From NCBI GenBank assembly GCA_942493095.1, contig OW818675.1:2010001-2042000 (forward strand): a stretch of 32,000 nucleotides of DNA. Direction: 5' to 3'. Shown here one piece after another: positions 16,358-24,587 of this stretch. Below the pieces are notes generated by a model, which was not told where the DNA came from, ran no database searches, and was given only the letters and a program-made list of their open reading frames with translations. The translations under genes were made by a program, and so were the position numbers. Position 1 is the stretch's first letter. Each line of letters starts with the position of its first letter. The DNA comes from Candidatus Electronema halotolerans. GTDB lineage: Bacteria; Desulfobacterota; Desulfobulbia; Desulfobulbales; Desulfobulbaceae.

Positions 16358-18187
16358 TCAACGCTGCTGGACTGCGCCGGTGTCTGCTGCTTTTTTATCA
16401 AGAATGCCGCTGACCACATTGATCAGCTCGGCAGGCTTGAACGGCTTGGTCAGATAGGCGCTGGCGGCGGAGAGATGCCCTTTGACCTTGTCAAGTATCC
16501 GGTTTTTGCTGGTCAGCATGACCACGGGGATATGTTTTGTCTCCCCATTCTTTTTCAAAATCGAGAGGAGCTTGTAGCCGTCAATCTTGGGCAGCATGAT
16601 GTCCAAGAGCACCATGTCAGGCCGGTTGTCATTGAGCTTGCTCAAAGCCTCGACTCCGTCCATCGCTTCAATGACCCGGAAGCCGCCGCTCTGGAGAGTC
16701 ATCTTGATCACCTTGCGGGTGGTGGGGCTGTCCTCAACCACCAGCACGGTGCGCCGGTTGGTCTGATTGTCAATGATCTGCTTCTGCTCCGCCTCCGGCT
16801 GCTTCTGCCCGCCCTTTTCCTCCTTTTGATTGGAGGCGATATAGTCAACAATCTGCGTCACCTGCGCCGCCACTTTCTGATAGCGGCTGTCCACCTGAAT
16901 GATCGGCATGAGCAGGTCAAAATAGGTCAGGGCCTTGTCAAAGTCGTTCAGATTGAGATAAGCGACTCCGGCATAAAAGAGAATTTTCGGGTTGACCTCA
17001 GCAGCCAGCACCTTTTCAAAACGGGCCGCCGCCGCCCGGACATGCCGCTGCTCCACAGCATAGAAATCAATCTTGGCCAAGGTTTCCGCTTCGGTCAGCA
17101 CCCCGGCCCGGCAGCAGGGGCAGAACGGACTGTGCTGCTCCATCGGCGCATAACAGAACGGGCAGCGGCTGATTCTGGCATCTTGGGCCACGCTGCCGAG
17201 GAGCCGCGTTTTTTCCACCTCCTCCCCTATTTCCGCATTGGTCGGCTCAAGGCGGTAGGCCTCGGCCAAGGCGGCCTTGATTTTTTTCAAGTCCGTCATG
17301 GCGCGGGAAAGCCAGAGCCAGCCAAGGGCGTTCTTGCGGTTCTCCTTGACAAAGGCCATCAGGGGTTTCTGAGCCGCGCTGAACTCCAGGCGCTCACAGA
17401 GACGGATGCCTTCTTCGAGCAGCTTTTGCTGCTGCGGCAGCTCCTCTTCCGACATTTTGTCAACAGATTGGTGATCTTTTTGAATCATGGCGCTGATCAG
17501 CAGATTCTGATTGCTCTTATGCACCCGCCGGGTGATGTTTTTATTGTCCAGCAGGCAGCTGCTGACCTGCACCCCTTCCATGCTCAGGAGCTTGAGCGCA
17601 GCCTCCTCGCCAACTGTCCTGCCGCAGACCGCATCGTAAATCGTGCCGTTGACAAGAAAGAGGCTGCCGCGAAATTCTTTGCATTGCTGCTCGATGCAGG
17701 CCTCTATGTCATGATGGTTGCTGCACTTATGGACATCGAGACGGCAGGTGGTGCCCTCGGTCTCCATGAGCTGAACAATGCCGACCACGGAGAACTCGCC
17801 CAGATCGCTTTTTTTCTGCTGACTTTTCAGTGCCCGGAGAATGGCCTCAGCCAGTTCCTGCGAGGCGACCGGTTTTTTGAAAATCTGAAAGACCCTGCCG
17901 GAAAGACGGTTTTCCAGCTCCGGCAGCTCGTAGGAGGTCATGACGATGCAGGGAATGTCGTCATGCTTGTCATGCAGATAGGAGAGAAGCTGGAATCCGT
18001 CTTGTCCCGGCATGACCAAGTCAGTGACGATCAGGGAAATGTCGCCCCGCTCCAGCGTGCTCATCGCGGTTTTGACATCAAAGGCATGAACCAGCTCGAA
18101 CACTGTGCTGTACTTGCTGAGACTGCTGTCAATCAGCCCGTGAATGACCTCGTCATCATCAACCAGCAATACTTTTTTCATATCCAT
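16358..18187 (-). CDS. Multidomain response regulator: N-terminal REC, PATAN/DUF4388-like domain, TPR-like helical region with a Cys4 zinc-ribbon, and a PilG-like C-terminal REC
   Basis: REC1 is VLLVDDDE...LIVTDLVMPGQDG...VMTSY...FKKP. The DUF4388-like segment is GEFSVVGIVQLMETEGTTCRLDV...LFLVNGTIYDAVCGRTVGEEAALKLL. The zinc ribbon is CPFCYAPMEQHSPFCPCC. REC2 is VLVVEDSPTT...MVLLDIMLPKIDG...MLTSKN...YLTKPF. Confidence 0.88.
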   Translation of the reverse strand: MDMKKVLLVDDDEVIHGLIDSSLSKYSTVFELVHAFDVKTAMSTLERGDISLIVTDLVMPGQDGFQLLSYLHDKHDDIPCIVMTSYELPELENRLSGRVFQIFKKPVASQELAEAILRALKSQQKKSDLGEFSVVGIVQLMETEGTTCRLDVHKCSNHHDIEACIEQQCKEFRGSLFLVNGTIYDAVCGRTVGEEAALKLLSMEGVQVSSCLLDNKNITRRVHKSNQNLLISAMIQKDHQSVDKMSEEELPQQQKLLEEGIRLCERLEFSAAQKPLMAFVKENRKNALGWLWLSRAMTDLKKIKAALAEAYRLEPTNAEIGEEVEKTRLLGSVAQDARISRCPFCYAPMEQHSPFCPCCRAGVLTEAETLAKIDFYAVEQRHVRAAAARFEKVLAAEVNPKILFYAGVAYLNLNDFDKALTYFDLLMPIIQVDSRYQKVAAQVTQIVDYIASNQKEEKGGQKQPEAEQKQIIDNQTNRRTVLVVEDSPTTRKVIKMTLQSGGFRVIEAMDGVEALSKLNDNRPDMVLLDIMLPKIDGYKLLSILKKNGETKHIPVVMLTSKNRILDKVKGHLSAASAYLTKPFKPAELINVVSGILDKKAADTGAVQQR

Positions 18188-18412
18188 TTGTGGGCGCTGT
18201 AACCTGTTCAGGAGAAAAATGGAAGAAAAATCCGCACAGCAGAAATATGACCAACGCTGAAGGATGAAGACTGACTGTTTGTCCCTGTGGACAGACGACC
18301 GTTCTGCGGCAATCGAAATTGCAGAGCAAGGCGCATGTTCTCCTTCGCAGTTTGCCGGTCAGGAGCCTGCCTGTCGCACAGCCCGGCAGCAAAGCTCCTG
18401 AACAAAAAAATC

Positions 18413-18442
18413 ATCTTAAATGGCTCAACCGGTCTTTGTCAA
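18413..18442 (-). promoter_or_regulatory. Candidate sigma70-type promoter for the chemosensory cluster
   Basis: On the minus strand, TTGACA (18442-18437) is followed by an 18-nt spacer and TAAGAT (18418-18413). This would give a leader of about 215 nt before the ATG at 18187. It is a pattern match only. Confidence 0.3.
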
Positions 18443-18599
18443 ACACTTTGCCTTGAACAACGGAATGAATATTTTGTGACAGCAGCCAAGGCAAAGGCTA
18501 AGAGACTGAAACAACTGCACTGCTCAGGCTGTAGGCGAAGTTCTGAGAATCATTCTCAAAAGAGCGACGCAGCGGCAAAATCCGCTACCAAGTGCTGCT

Positions 18600-19568
18600 T
18601 CAATATTTCAGACCGACCCGGTCACGGGCCAGATCCAAGGTGACGCTGGCCTTGGCCCGCGCTTTGTCCGCACCTTGGCGCAAGATTTGCCGGATGTAGT
18701 CCTTGTTGTCCAGCAGCTCTTTTTTTCGTGCTTGGGCAGCGGCAAAACAGTCACGGATCAGCTCGAACAAATCCTGCTTGAGATAGCCGTAGGCTGCGCC
18801 GCCATTCAGGTAGAGATTACGCACCTCGGCCATTTTCTCTGGCGGAGCAAAGAGTTTGAGCAGGGCGTAGAGTGTGCAGGCATCCGGGTTCTTCGGCTCT
18901 TCCACAGGCGTGGAGTCAGTCTGCACAGCCATGACCCGCTTGCGCAGCTCCTTTTCCTCCAGAAAGAGGGGGATAGTGTTGCCGTATGACTTGGACATTT
19001 TCTGGCCGTCCAAGCCAGGCACTATGGCCGTGCTTTCGCTGATCGCCGCTTCCGGGAGAACAAAGGTTTCGCCAAAAGTATGATTGAAGCTGACAGCAAT
19101 GTCGCGGGCCACTTCCAGATGCTGCTTCTGATCCTTGCCCACTGGCACGACCTCAGCCTGATAGAGAAGAATGTCCGCAGCCATCAGCACTGGATAAGCG
19201 AACAGACCGTGACTGGCGGCAATGCCTTTGGCCACCTTGTCTTTGTAGGAATGACAGCGCTCCAGCAGGCCCATTGGGGTCACGGTCGAAAGCAGCCAGG
19301 CCAGTTCGCAGACTTCCGGCACATCGGATTGGACCCAGAAAATGCACTTGTCCGGGTCCAAGCCCAAGGCGAGAAAGTCTGCCGCCGCTTCCAAGGTGCC
19401 TGCGGCGAGCCGGTCCCGGTCATGGACGCTGGTCAGGGCGTGGAGGTCAACAATGAAGGCGTACAGTTCAGAGTTTTCCATGCTGGCGAGCATGGGCTGC
19501 ATCATGCCGAAATAGTTTCCTATATGAAGCTGACCTGAAGGCTGGATGCCGGAAAGAGTGCGTTTCAT
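18600..19568 (-). CDS. trpS: Tryptophan--tRNA ligase
   Basis: HIGH-type motif SGQLHIGNYFG and the KMSKS motif are present. The ORF track's 31-aa N-terminal extension (to 19661) looks non-native. MKRTLSGIQPSG from the ATG at 19568 gives the expected size of about 322 aa. The ATG at 19574 is also possible. Confidence 0.93.
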   Translation of the reverse strand: MKRTLSGIQPSGQLHIGNYFGMMQPMLASMENSELYAFIVDLHALTSVHDRDRLAAGTLEAAADFLALGLDPDKCIFWVQSDVPEVCELAWLLSTVTPMGLLERCHSYKDKVAKGIAASHGLFAYPVLMAADILLYQAEVVPVGKDQKQHLEVARDIAVSFNHTFGETFVLPEAAISESTAIVPGLDGQKMSKSYGNTIPLFLEEKELRKRVMAVQTDSTPVEEPKNPDACTLYALLKLFAPPEKMAEVRNLYLNGGAAYGYLKQDLFELIRDCFAAAQARKKELLDNKDYIRQILRQGADKARAKASVTLDLARDRVGLKY

Positions 19569-19802
19569 GGACATGCGGCGTGAAGAGAAAAATTTGCGGA
19601 AGAAAGTTCTATTTTGCCTGAAAAGGCAACTATACCAAGAGACCGTCCTTGCCGCAAGCAAGGAGCTGGAAAAGAATCAGTTCCCATACACGGAACGTGA
19701 CTGAGTGAACAGGCTGCTGGCAAAGAAATGCGGCATTCAGGGAAAAAACAGCGTATATTGTCAGGGACAAGGCGAACACCAGAACCAGCAGAGGAGAGAA
19801 AA

Positions 19803-21317
19803 ATGCCCGCTGACTTGAACGAGATGATTCGCAGGCCGCAAAAAAGCATGGCCGCACAATGCGCCGCAGCTATTTTTCCGCCCGGCCTGCTCGACAAACT
19901 GGCTGCTGTGCAGCATGAGCTGGGCGGTGAAATCTATCTTGTCGGCGGTACAGTGCGGGACCTGCTCCTTGGCCGCACACCGGGTGATCTTGATCTGACA
20001 ATTGCCAGCCAGCCCAAAAACTGGGCCGAGCGGCTGCGCCAGCGCACAGGCGGGGCCTGCGTCGAACTGGGCCGGGAAGAGGGGACTTTCCGCATTGTCA
20101 CGCCGCAGGAAACCGTGCTGGACTTCTCCGGCTTCCGCAAAGGCGCGGCCTGCGTGGAGGACGACCTGCGCCGCCGTGATCTGACCGTCAATGCCTTGGC
20201 TGTGCCGCTGCATGACTTCCTCCATGACCGCAGCCTTGCCGAACTGCCTGTGCTTGATCCGACCAACGGCCTGGCTGATCTTGCCCAGCAGCGCATCCGG
20301 TCGATTTCCGAGCAAAATTTGATCGACGACCCTCTGCGCCTGCTGCGGGTGTTCCGTTTTGCCGCCGCTCTTGGTTTTACGGTCGAGCCAGAAACGCTGA
20401 CGCAGGTCCAGCAATTCAGCCCGCTGCTCAACAAGGTGGCCAAAGAGCGCATTGCTTATGAGCTGGACGCGATCATGGCCACTGACAGGGCGCATGCCGC
20501 TTTTCTCGCCCTGCACGACAGCGGCCTGCTCTGGGAGATTCTGCCTGAGCTGCGGGCGGGAGTTGGCATGGCCCAGCCTGCCAGCCATCATTTGGATGTG
20601 TTCGGGCACTGCGGCGAAGCGCTGCGCCAGATTGAGCTGGTGCTGGCTGATCTGCCCAGTTATTTTGCTGAAGGCAGCGCAGTGATGGAGGAATATTTGG
20701 CGGCAATGCCCAAGCGGCGCGTGCAGGTGAAGTGGGCCGCCCTGCTGCACGACATTGGCAAGCCGGTCTGCTTTGGCACCAAAGAGGACGGACGGATCAC
20801 CTTTTACAACCATGACCTGCGCGGCGCGGACATCTTCACTGCCTTTTCCCGGCGGCTGCGCCGGTCGCGGGAGGACACCGAGGCCACGGCCCGCCTGATT
20901 GAGGGACACATGCGGCCTTTTTTTCTCGCCAACAATCAGCGGAAAGGCAAGCTGACCCTGCGGGCCTGCCTGCGCCTGATCCGCGATGCCGATGACCAGC
21001 TGCCCGGCCTTTTCCTGCTGGCAATGGCTGATGCCTTGGCAGGCAAGGGTGAAACCAGCCCGGAGGCTATTGAAGAGGAAGTTTCCGGCCTTTTCGAGCA
21101 CTTGCTGCGCATCCGGCAGGAGCGTGTGACCCCGGTGCGGAGCGCGCCTCCTCTGCTCACCGGCCACGATTTGATCAATGAGCTGGGGCTTGTTCCCGGC
21201 CCGCTTTTCCGCACGATCTTGGATAAAGTCGAAGAGGCGCAGATGGAACACGCTGTCAGCAGCAGGAAGGAGGCGTTGGCATTGGCTGCTGGCATTGCCG
21301 CCAAGACTGCGCCGTGA
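19803..21317 (+). CDS. cca: CCA-adding enzyme / tRNA nucleotidyltransferase with C-terminal HD domain
   Basis: The head-domain motif is LVGGTVRDLLLGRTPGDLDL, and RRDLTVNAL follows. The HD domain is HHLDVFGHCGEAL...LLHDIGKP. The ATG at 19803 is preceded by GAGGAGAG. The track's start at 19728 lacks a ribosome-binding site. Confidence 0.9.
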   Translation: MPADLNEMIRRPQKSMAAQCAAAIFPPGLLDKLAAVQHELGGEIYLVGGTVRDLLLGRTPGDLDLTIASQPKNWAERLRQRTGGACVELGREEGTFRIVTPQETVLDFSGFRKGAACVEDDLRRRDLTVNALAVPLHDFLHDRSLAELPVLDPTNGLADLAQQRIRSISEQNLIDDPLRLLRVFRFAAALGFTVEPETLTQVQQFSPLLNKVAKERIAYELDAIMATDRAHAAFLALHDSGLLWEILPELRAGVGMAQPASHHLDVFGHCGEALRQIELVLADLPSYFAEGSAVMEEYLAAMPKRRVQVKWAALLHDIGKPVCFGTKEDGRITFYNHDLRGADIFTAFSRRLRRSREDTEATARLIEGHMRPFFLANNQRKGKLTLRACLRLIRDADDQLPGLFLLAMADALAGKGETSPEAIEEEVSGLFEHLLRIRQERVTPVRSAPPLLTGHDLINELGLVPGPLFRTILDKVEEAQMEHAVSSRKEALALAAGIAAKTAP

Positions 21318-21341
21318 TGCTGCTGAACTTCACGAAGAGAC

Positions 21342-21758
21342 TCAGGAACTCTGTATTCTGCGCTGCCGCAGCAGCAGGCCAAGGCCGATGCCAAGACAGG
21401 TCAGCGAGCTGCCGAGCAGAAAGGCGGCCAGCACCGCGCCCTGCAATTTCATGGCCTTGATCTGCTGCCAGTTGTTCAGACGGACTTTGATGTCCTTGGG
21501 CACCACCCGGTATTCCATTCCGTTCCTGTCGCGGGCCGAGAGCGAGCCGCGCTCCAGATGCCGCTGGAGCAGCTCGCCGCTGATATGCAGCTCAAAATGG
21601 TGGGCGGCCTCAGAGAGCGGCAAAGCCAACTGCATCGGAGTCCACCAAATGTCCTGACGGCCTTGAAAAACCTGCCAATACGCAGCGGCAAGCTGAGACC
21701 CGGAGACCAGTGTGCCGATCAGTCCGGCCAGCAGCAGGCCCTTGATCATCTCTCTCAT
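21342..21758 (-). CDS. Hypothetical small membrane protein (two predicted TM helices)
   Basis: Hydrophobic N-terminal (GLLLAGLIGTLVSG) and C-terminal (AVLAAFLLGSSLTCLGIGLGLLL) segments. An ATGA start/stop overlap links it to the upstream antiporter gene. Confidence 0.6.
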   Translation of the reverse strand: MREMIKGLLLAGLIGTLVSGSQLAAAYWQVFQGRQDIWWTPMQLALPLSEAAHHFELHISGELLQRHLERGSLSARDRNGMEYRVVPKDIKVRLNNWQQIKAMKLQGAVLAAFLLGSSLTCLGIGLGLLLRQRRIQSS

Positions 21759-22825
21759 TCCTGCTTCCTTTTGCGGGTTTCCTTCGCGCTCAGGGTGAAG
21801 AGGGTGACAGCGGTCATGGGGATGGCGAAATAGACAATGGCGACATCAAAGCCGGGCAGCGCATTCTCGTGCTCGGCTGCGGTCAGAATCAGATGCAGGG
21901 TGTAGGCGCAGTAGTAGCCGAAAAAGAGCGCGCCTTCCTGGCGGCTGATCAGGCTGTCGGTGAAAAAGATCGGCAGGCAGGCCAAGGCGGTCAGGAGCAT
22001 CACCGGCAGGTCAAGGCTGAGAGTTGCGGGCGGCACTGCCACTCCGTCCGGGGCGATGATGCCAGCCAGCCCCAGCACACCGAGCAGATTGAAAAGATTG
22101 CTGCCTACAGCATTGCCTACAGCAATATCGCCTTTGTTGCGCAGGGCGGCAATGACTGAGGTGACGATTTCCGGCAGCGAGGTGCCGACCGCAATCACAG
22201 TCAGCCCAATGACCGCCTCGCTGACCTTGAACTGCTGGGCAATGCTGACCGCGCTGCTGACTAACCAGCGGGAGCCGAGGAGCAGGAGGGCCAGTCCGCT
22301 GATGACCAAGGCCGTGTTTTTCAGCCAGCCTGCTCTGCTTTTATCAACCGGGCCAAAATCCTCATCATCAGGCGCGGCACCCTCTTTGCGGCTCTGGATG
22401 AGTTGAAAGGCGATATAGGCCAGCAGGCCGAGGATGAGCAGTAGGCCCTCGCTCCGGCTGAGTGCGCCATCCCAGGCAAAAAGCAGGACAGCGCAGGAGA
22501 CCAGAATCATCAGCGGCACTTCGCAGCGCACGAGCTGCCGGGCCACGAACAGCGGCGTGATCATGGCGGACAGGCCGAGGATGAGCAGGACATTGCAGAT
22601 ATTGCTGCCGATGACATTGCCCAAGGCCAAGCTGCCTTGGCCGCTGAGAGTTGATTTGATCGTGACGGCGAACTCCGGCGAGCTGGTGCCAAAGGCCACC
22701 ACAGTCAGGCCGATGACCAAAGGTGAAATGCCGAACAGGGCGGCGAGCCGGGCTGCGCCGCGCACCAGAATTTCAGCCCCGCCAATCAGCAGGGCCAAAC
22801 CAAGGATGAAGAGCAGAATGGTCAT
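21755..22825 (-). CDS. CaCA-family cation/Ca2+ antiporter (YrbG-like Na+/Ca2+ exchanger)
   Basis: Both alpha-repeat signatures are present: AFGTSSPEFAV and AVGTSLPEIVTSV. There are about 10 hydrophobic segments and a central hydrophilic loop. Confidence 0.9.
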   Translation of the reverse strand: MTILLFILGLALLIGGAEILVRGAARLAALFGISPLVIGLTVVAFGTSSPEFAVTIKSTLSGQGSLALGNVIGSNICNVLLILGLSAMITPLFVARQLVRCEVPLMILVSCAVLLFAWDGALSRSEGLLLILGLLAYIAFQLIQSRKEGAAPDDEDFGPVDKSRAGWLKNTALVISGLALLLLGSRWLVSSAVSIAQQFKVSEAVIGLTVIAVGTSLPEIVTSVIAALRNKGDIAVGNAVGSNLFNLLGVLGLAGIIAPDGVAVPPATLSLDLPVMLLTALACLPIFFTDSLISRQEGALFFGYYCAYTLHLILTAAEHENALPGFDVAIVYFAIPMTAVTLFTLSAKETRKRKQE

Positions 22826-22867
22826 GATGGCAGTGCGTGCATTGTTCCAAGAGCTGCGGCCCGCGTT

Positions 22868-23809
22868 TCAGGCCCGGCGGCAAAGACGGCCAAAACCGCC
22901 CGGAATCGTGCCGGAAGCCCAGTAGGTCCGACCCTGCTTGAAATCAACAAACCACTGGCCGCCCGGCCTGCGCACTGCATCAACAAAGATGAACGGCTGA
23001 TCAGCGGAAAAGGCCGGATGCAGGTACTGGCCCTTGGCGTTCTGTTCCCGCTCCATCAGCGAGAGTGCCTCGGCCAAGGTCGGCAGCCGCCAGTCGCCAT
23101 GTCCGGCAAAGCCTTCCTGATTCAGCTCCTCCACCGCCTTGCGCAGCATCCGGTTGCTCATGATGTCCAGCCCACCCCGCTGCCAGATCAGGCCCGTGAC
23201 CTTGTCAGTCACAGTCAGGCCGTCGTTGTTATCCACCAAATAATTGCGGAACTGGCCGTCCAGGTTCCGCTCATGGTCGATCAGGTCATGCGCCTTGATG
23301 AGCTGCGCGGCCTCCTCCTCAGTCAGTTCCGCCGGACTGTCCGGCAGCCTGACCTCCTTCAGGTCAGCAGGCAGGGGCGCATCCAGTCCCGGCAGCCCTG
23401 ACGGCCCAAGACTGTCGCTCTTGTCTTCCGTCTCCAGCGGCACCACCTTGGAATTGTCCGCGCTCGCCATCACGTTGACAATCAGCCACTGCTTCAGTTC
23501 CTCATCAATGGCAAAGGTGCGCTCAAACAAGGCCACCTTGCCGTGCCGTTCGACGCAGCGGCGGAGCAGCTCCGGCGGAGCGAGAATCTGAGCCGCCACC
23601 CGCGCATATTTGATGCCCCGCTCCATCAGGCAGAGCTTGGGTTCCTCGCCCCACGCATCAATAAAAAAATAATAAATCCGCTCCCTGCTGCTGCGCACCC
23701 GCTCTTTGCCGCCCCAGCTTTCAAAGGTGCCAAAGGTGTATTCCGGGGTCATGTCCCAGTCCACAGCAGTGGGATTGCCGCTCAGGTTCAGCGCGTCAAA
23801 AAGTCCCAT
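22868..23809 (-). CDS. DUF1566 (Lcl C-terminal-like) domain protein with an unrecognised N-terminal domain
   Basis: The C-terminal pattern is GLIWQRGG ... GHGDWRLPTLAEALSLME ... YWAS. AAGGAG lies 5 nt upstream of the ATG at 23809. No signal peptide is evident. Confidence 0.65.
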   Translation of the reverse strand: MGLFDALNLSGNPTAVDWDMTPEYTFGTFESWGGKERVRSSRERIYYFFIDAWGEEPKLCLMERGIKYARVAAQILAPPELLRRCVERHGKVALFERTFAIDEELKQWLIVNVMASADNSKVVPLETEDKSDSLGPSGLPGLDAPLPADLKEVRLPDSPAELTEEEAAQLIKAHDLIDHERNLDGQFRNYLVDNNDGLTVTDKVTGLIWQRGGLDIMSNRMLRKAVEELNQEGFAGHGDWRLPTLAEALSLMEREQNAKGQYLHPAFSADQPFIFVDAVRRPGGQWFVDFKQGRTYWASGTIPGGFGRLCRRA

Positions 23810-23960
23810 ATTCCGTCTCCTTGCTTGAATGAGTCACAGCGGAAGACAGCCCGCTGCGTGGCAACTGTCAAAACGGATTATAGCAAAATTCCGGGAAGTT
23901 TTCCAGCAGGACAGACGGCGGGAACAGCTTGGAAGGAAAAAAGAGGAGGGGGAAAAACAG

Positions 23961-24013
23961 CAGCGGCTGGCCCTGCCAAGGAGAACCAGCCGCTGAATCA
24001 GCAGAGAGAAAAA
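23961..24013 (-). terminator. Rho-independent terminator of the acidic-protein gene
   Basis: cagcggctgg (23961-23970) pairs with ccagccgctg (23986-23995) around a 15-nt loop. On the minus strand the stem is followed by ctgtttttccccctcctctttttt. Confidence 0.6.
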
Positions 24014-24322
24014 TTAATTTTCCTCGCCTTCGCCCTCAGCAGGAGCATCTGCTGCATCACCGCCATCTTCATCAGAAGGAGCAGCCTCATCTACAGTGCC
24101 ATCATCAGCAGCTTCAACATCCCCATCATCTGCTGTGGTGTCTTCATCTACAACCACATCGTCACCTTCAGATGGCTCTTCTACCATCTCACCATCAGCA
24201 GGTGCAGCAGGTGCTTCAACTGCTGTCTCATCAGCAGGAGCAGAATCATCTTGGGCAAAAGAAACATGACTTGCTCCGAATACAACCAACGCTGCTGCCA
24301 ACAACAAGAATGCTTTTTTCAT
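24014..24322 (-). CDS. Secreted hyper-acidic low-complexity protein (102 aa precursor)
   Basis: The ATG at 24322 is preceded by AGGAG. The signal peptide is MKKAFLLLAAALVVFGASHVSFA|QD. The mature ~79 aa are rich in D, E, A, G, P, V and T and contain no K, R or H. The track's longer start at 24427 adds a non-signal-like extension. Confidence 0.65.
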   Translation of the reverse strand: MKKAFLLLAAALVVFGASHVSFAQDDSAPADETAVEAPAAPADGEMVEEPSEGDDVVVDEDTTADDGDVEAADDGTVDEAAPSDEDGGDAADAPAEGEGEEN

Positions 24323-24587
24323 GACAGGTGCTCCTGATGAGGATTTGTTCAAGTCCTCAAGAATTTTATGAAACAGTCGGAGACCGAACCGCTTGGTTCT
24401 GCAATCACGTTCCGTCTGTATCAGCAAGAAAAGTGCAGCAGGAAAAAAAGGCCCTTCTGCATAAAGAGATTTTATTCCCAGACAAAGAGAAAAGCAAGCA
24501 AATTATACAGACTTTTTTCTTTTCAGCTAACTGCTTTTACTGTTTTATTTTTTTATCGGCAGGCGGGAGCATGGAACGAGAGAAAAA

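Noticed and set aside
16475-18202. 575-aa plus-strand ORF
   Set aside because: It lies fully antisense to the well-supported dual-REC gene. Its composition is rich in R, L, A, G and H, which is typical of high-GC antisense frames, and it has no recognisable domain.
18188-18600. Search for a sigma54 (TGGCAC-N5-TTGC) promoter upstream of the chemosensory cluster
   Set aside because: By eye I found no GG-N10-GC element with acceptable flanks on the minus strand. Only the sigma70-like match is reported, at low confidence.
19569-19661. N-terminal 31-aa extension of trpS in the track, plus similar extensions of cca (19728), lepB (28467, GTG), the SiR-like gene (28322, TTG) and the acidic protein (24427)
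   Set aside because: The extensions lack ribosome-binding sites and are not family-like. Internal ATGs either have good SD sequences (cca, the SiR-like gene, the acidic protein) or at least give family-typical N-termini (trpS, lepB).
19761-21251. 496-aa minus-strand ORF
   Set aside because: It is antisense to the CCA-adding enzyme gene, which has clear GGxVRD/DxD and HD motifs. It is a shadow ORF.
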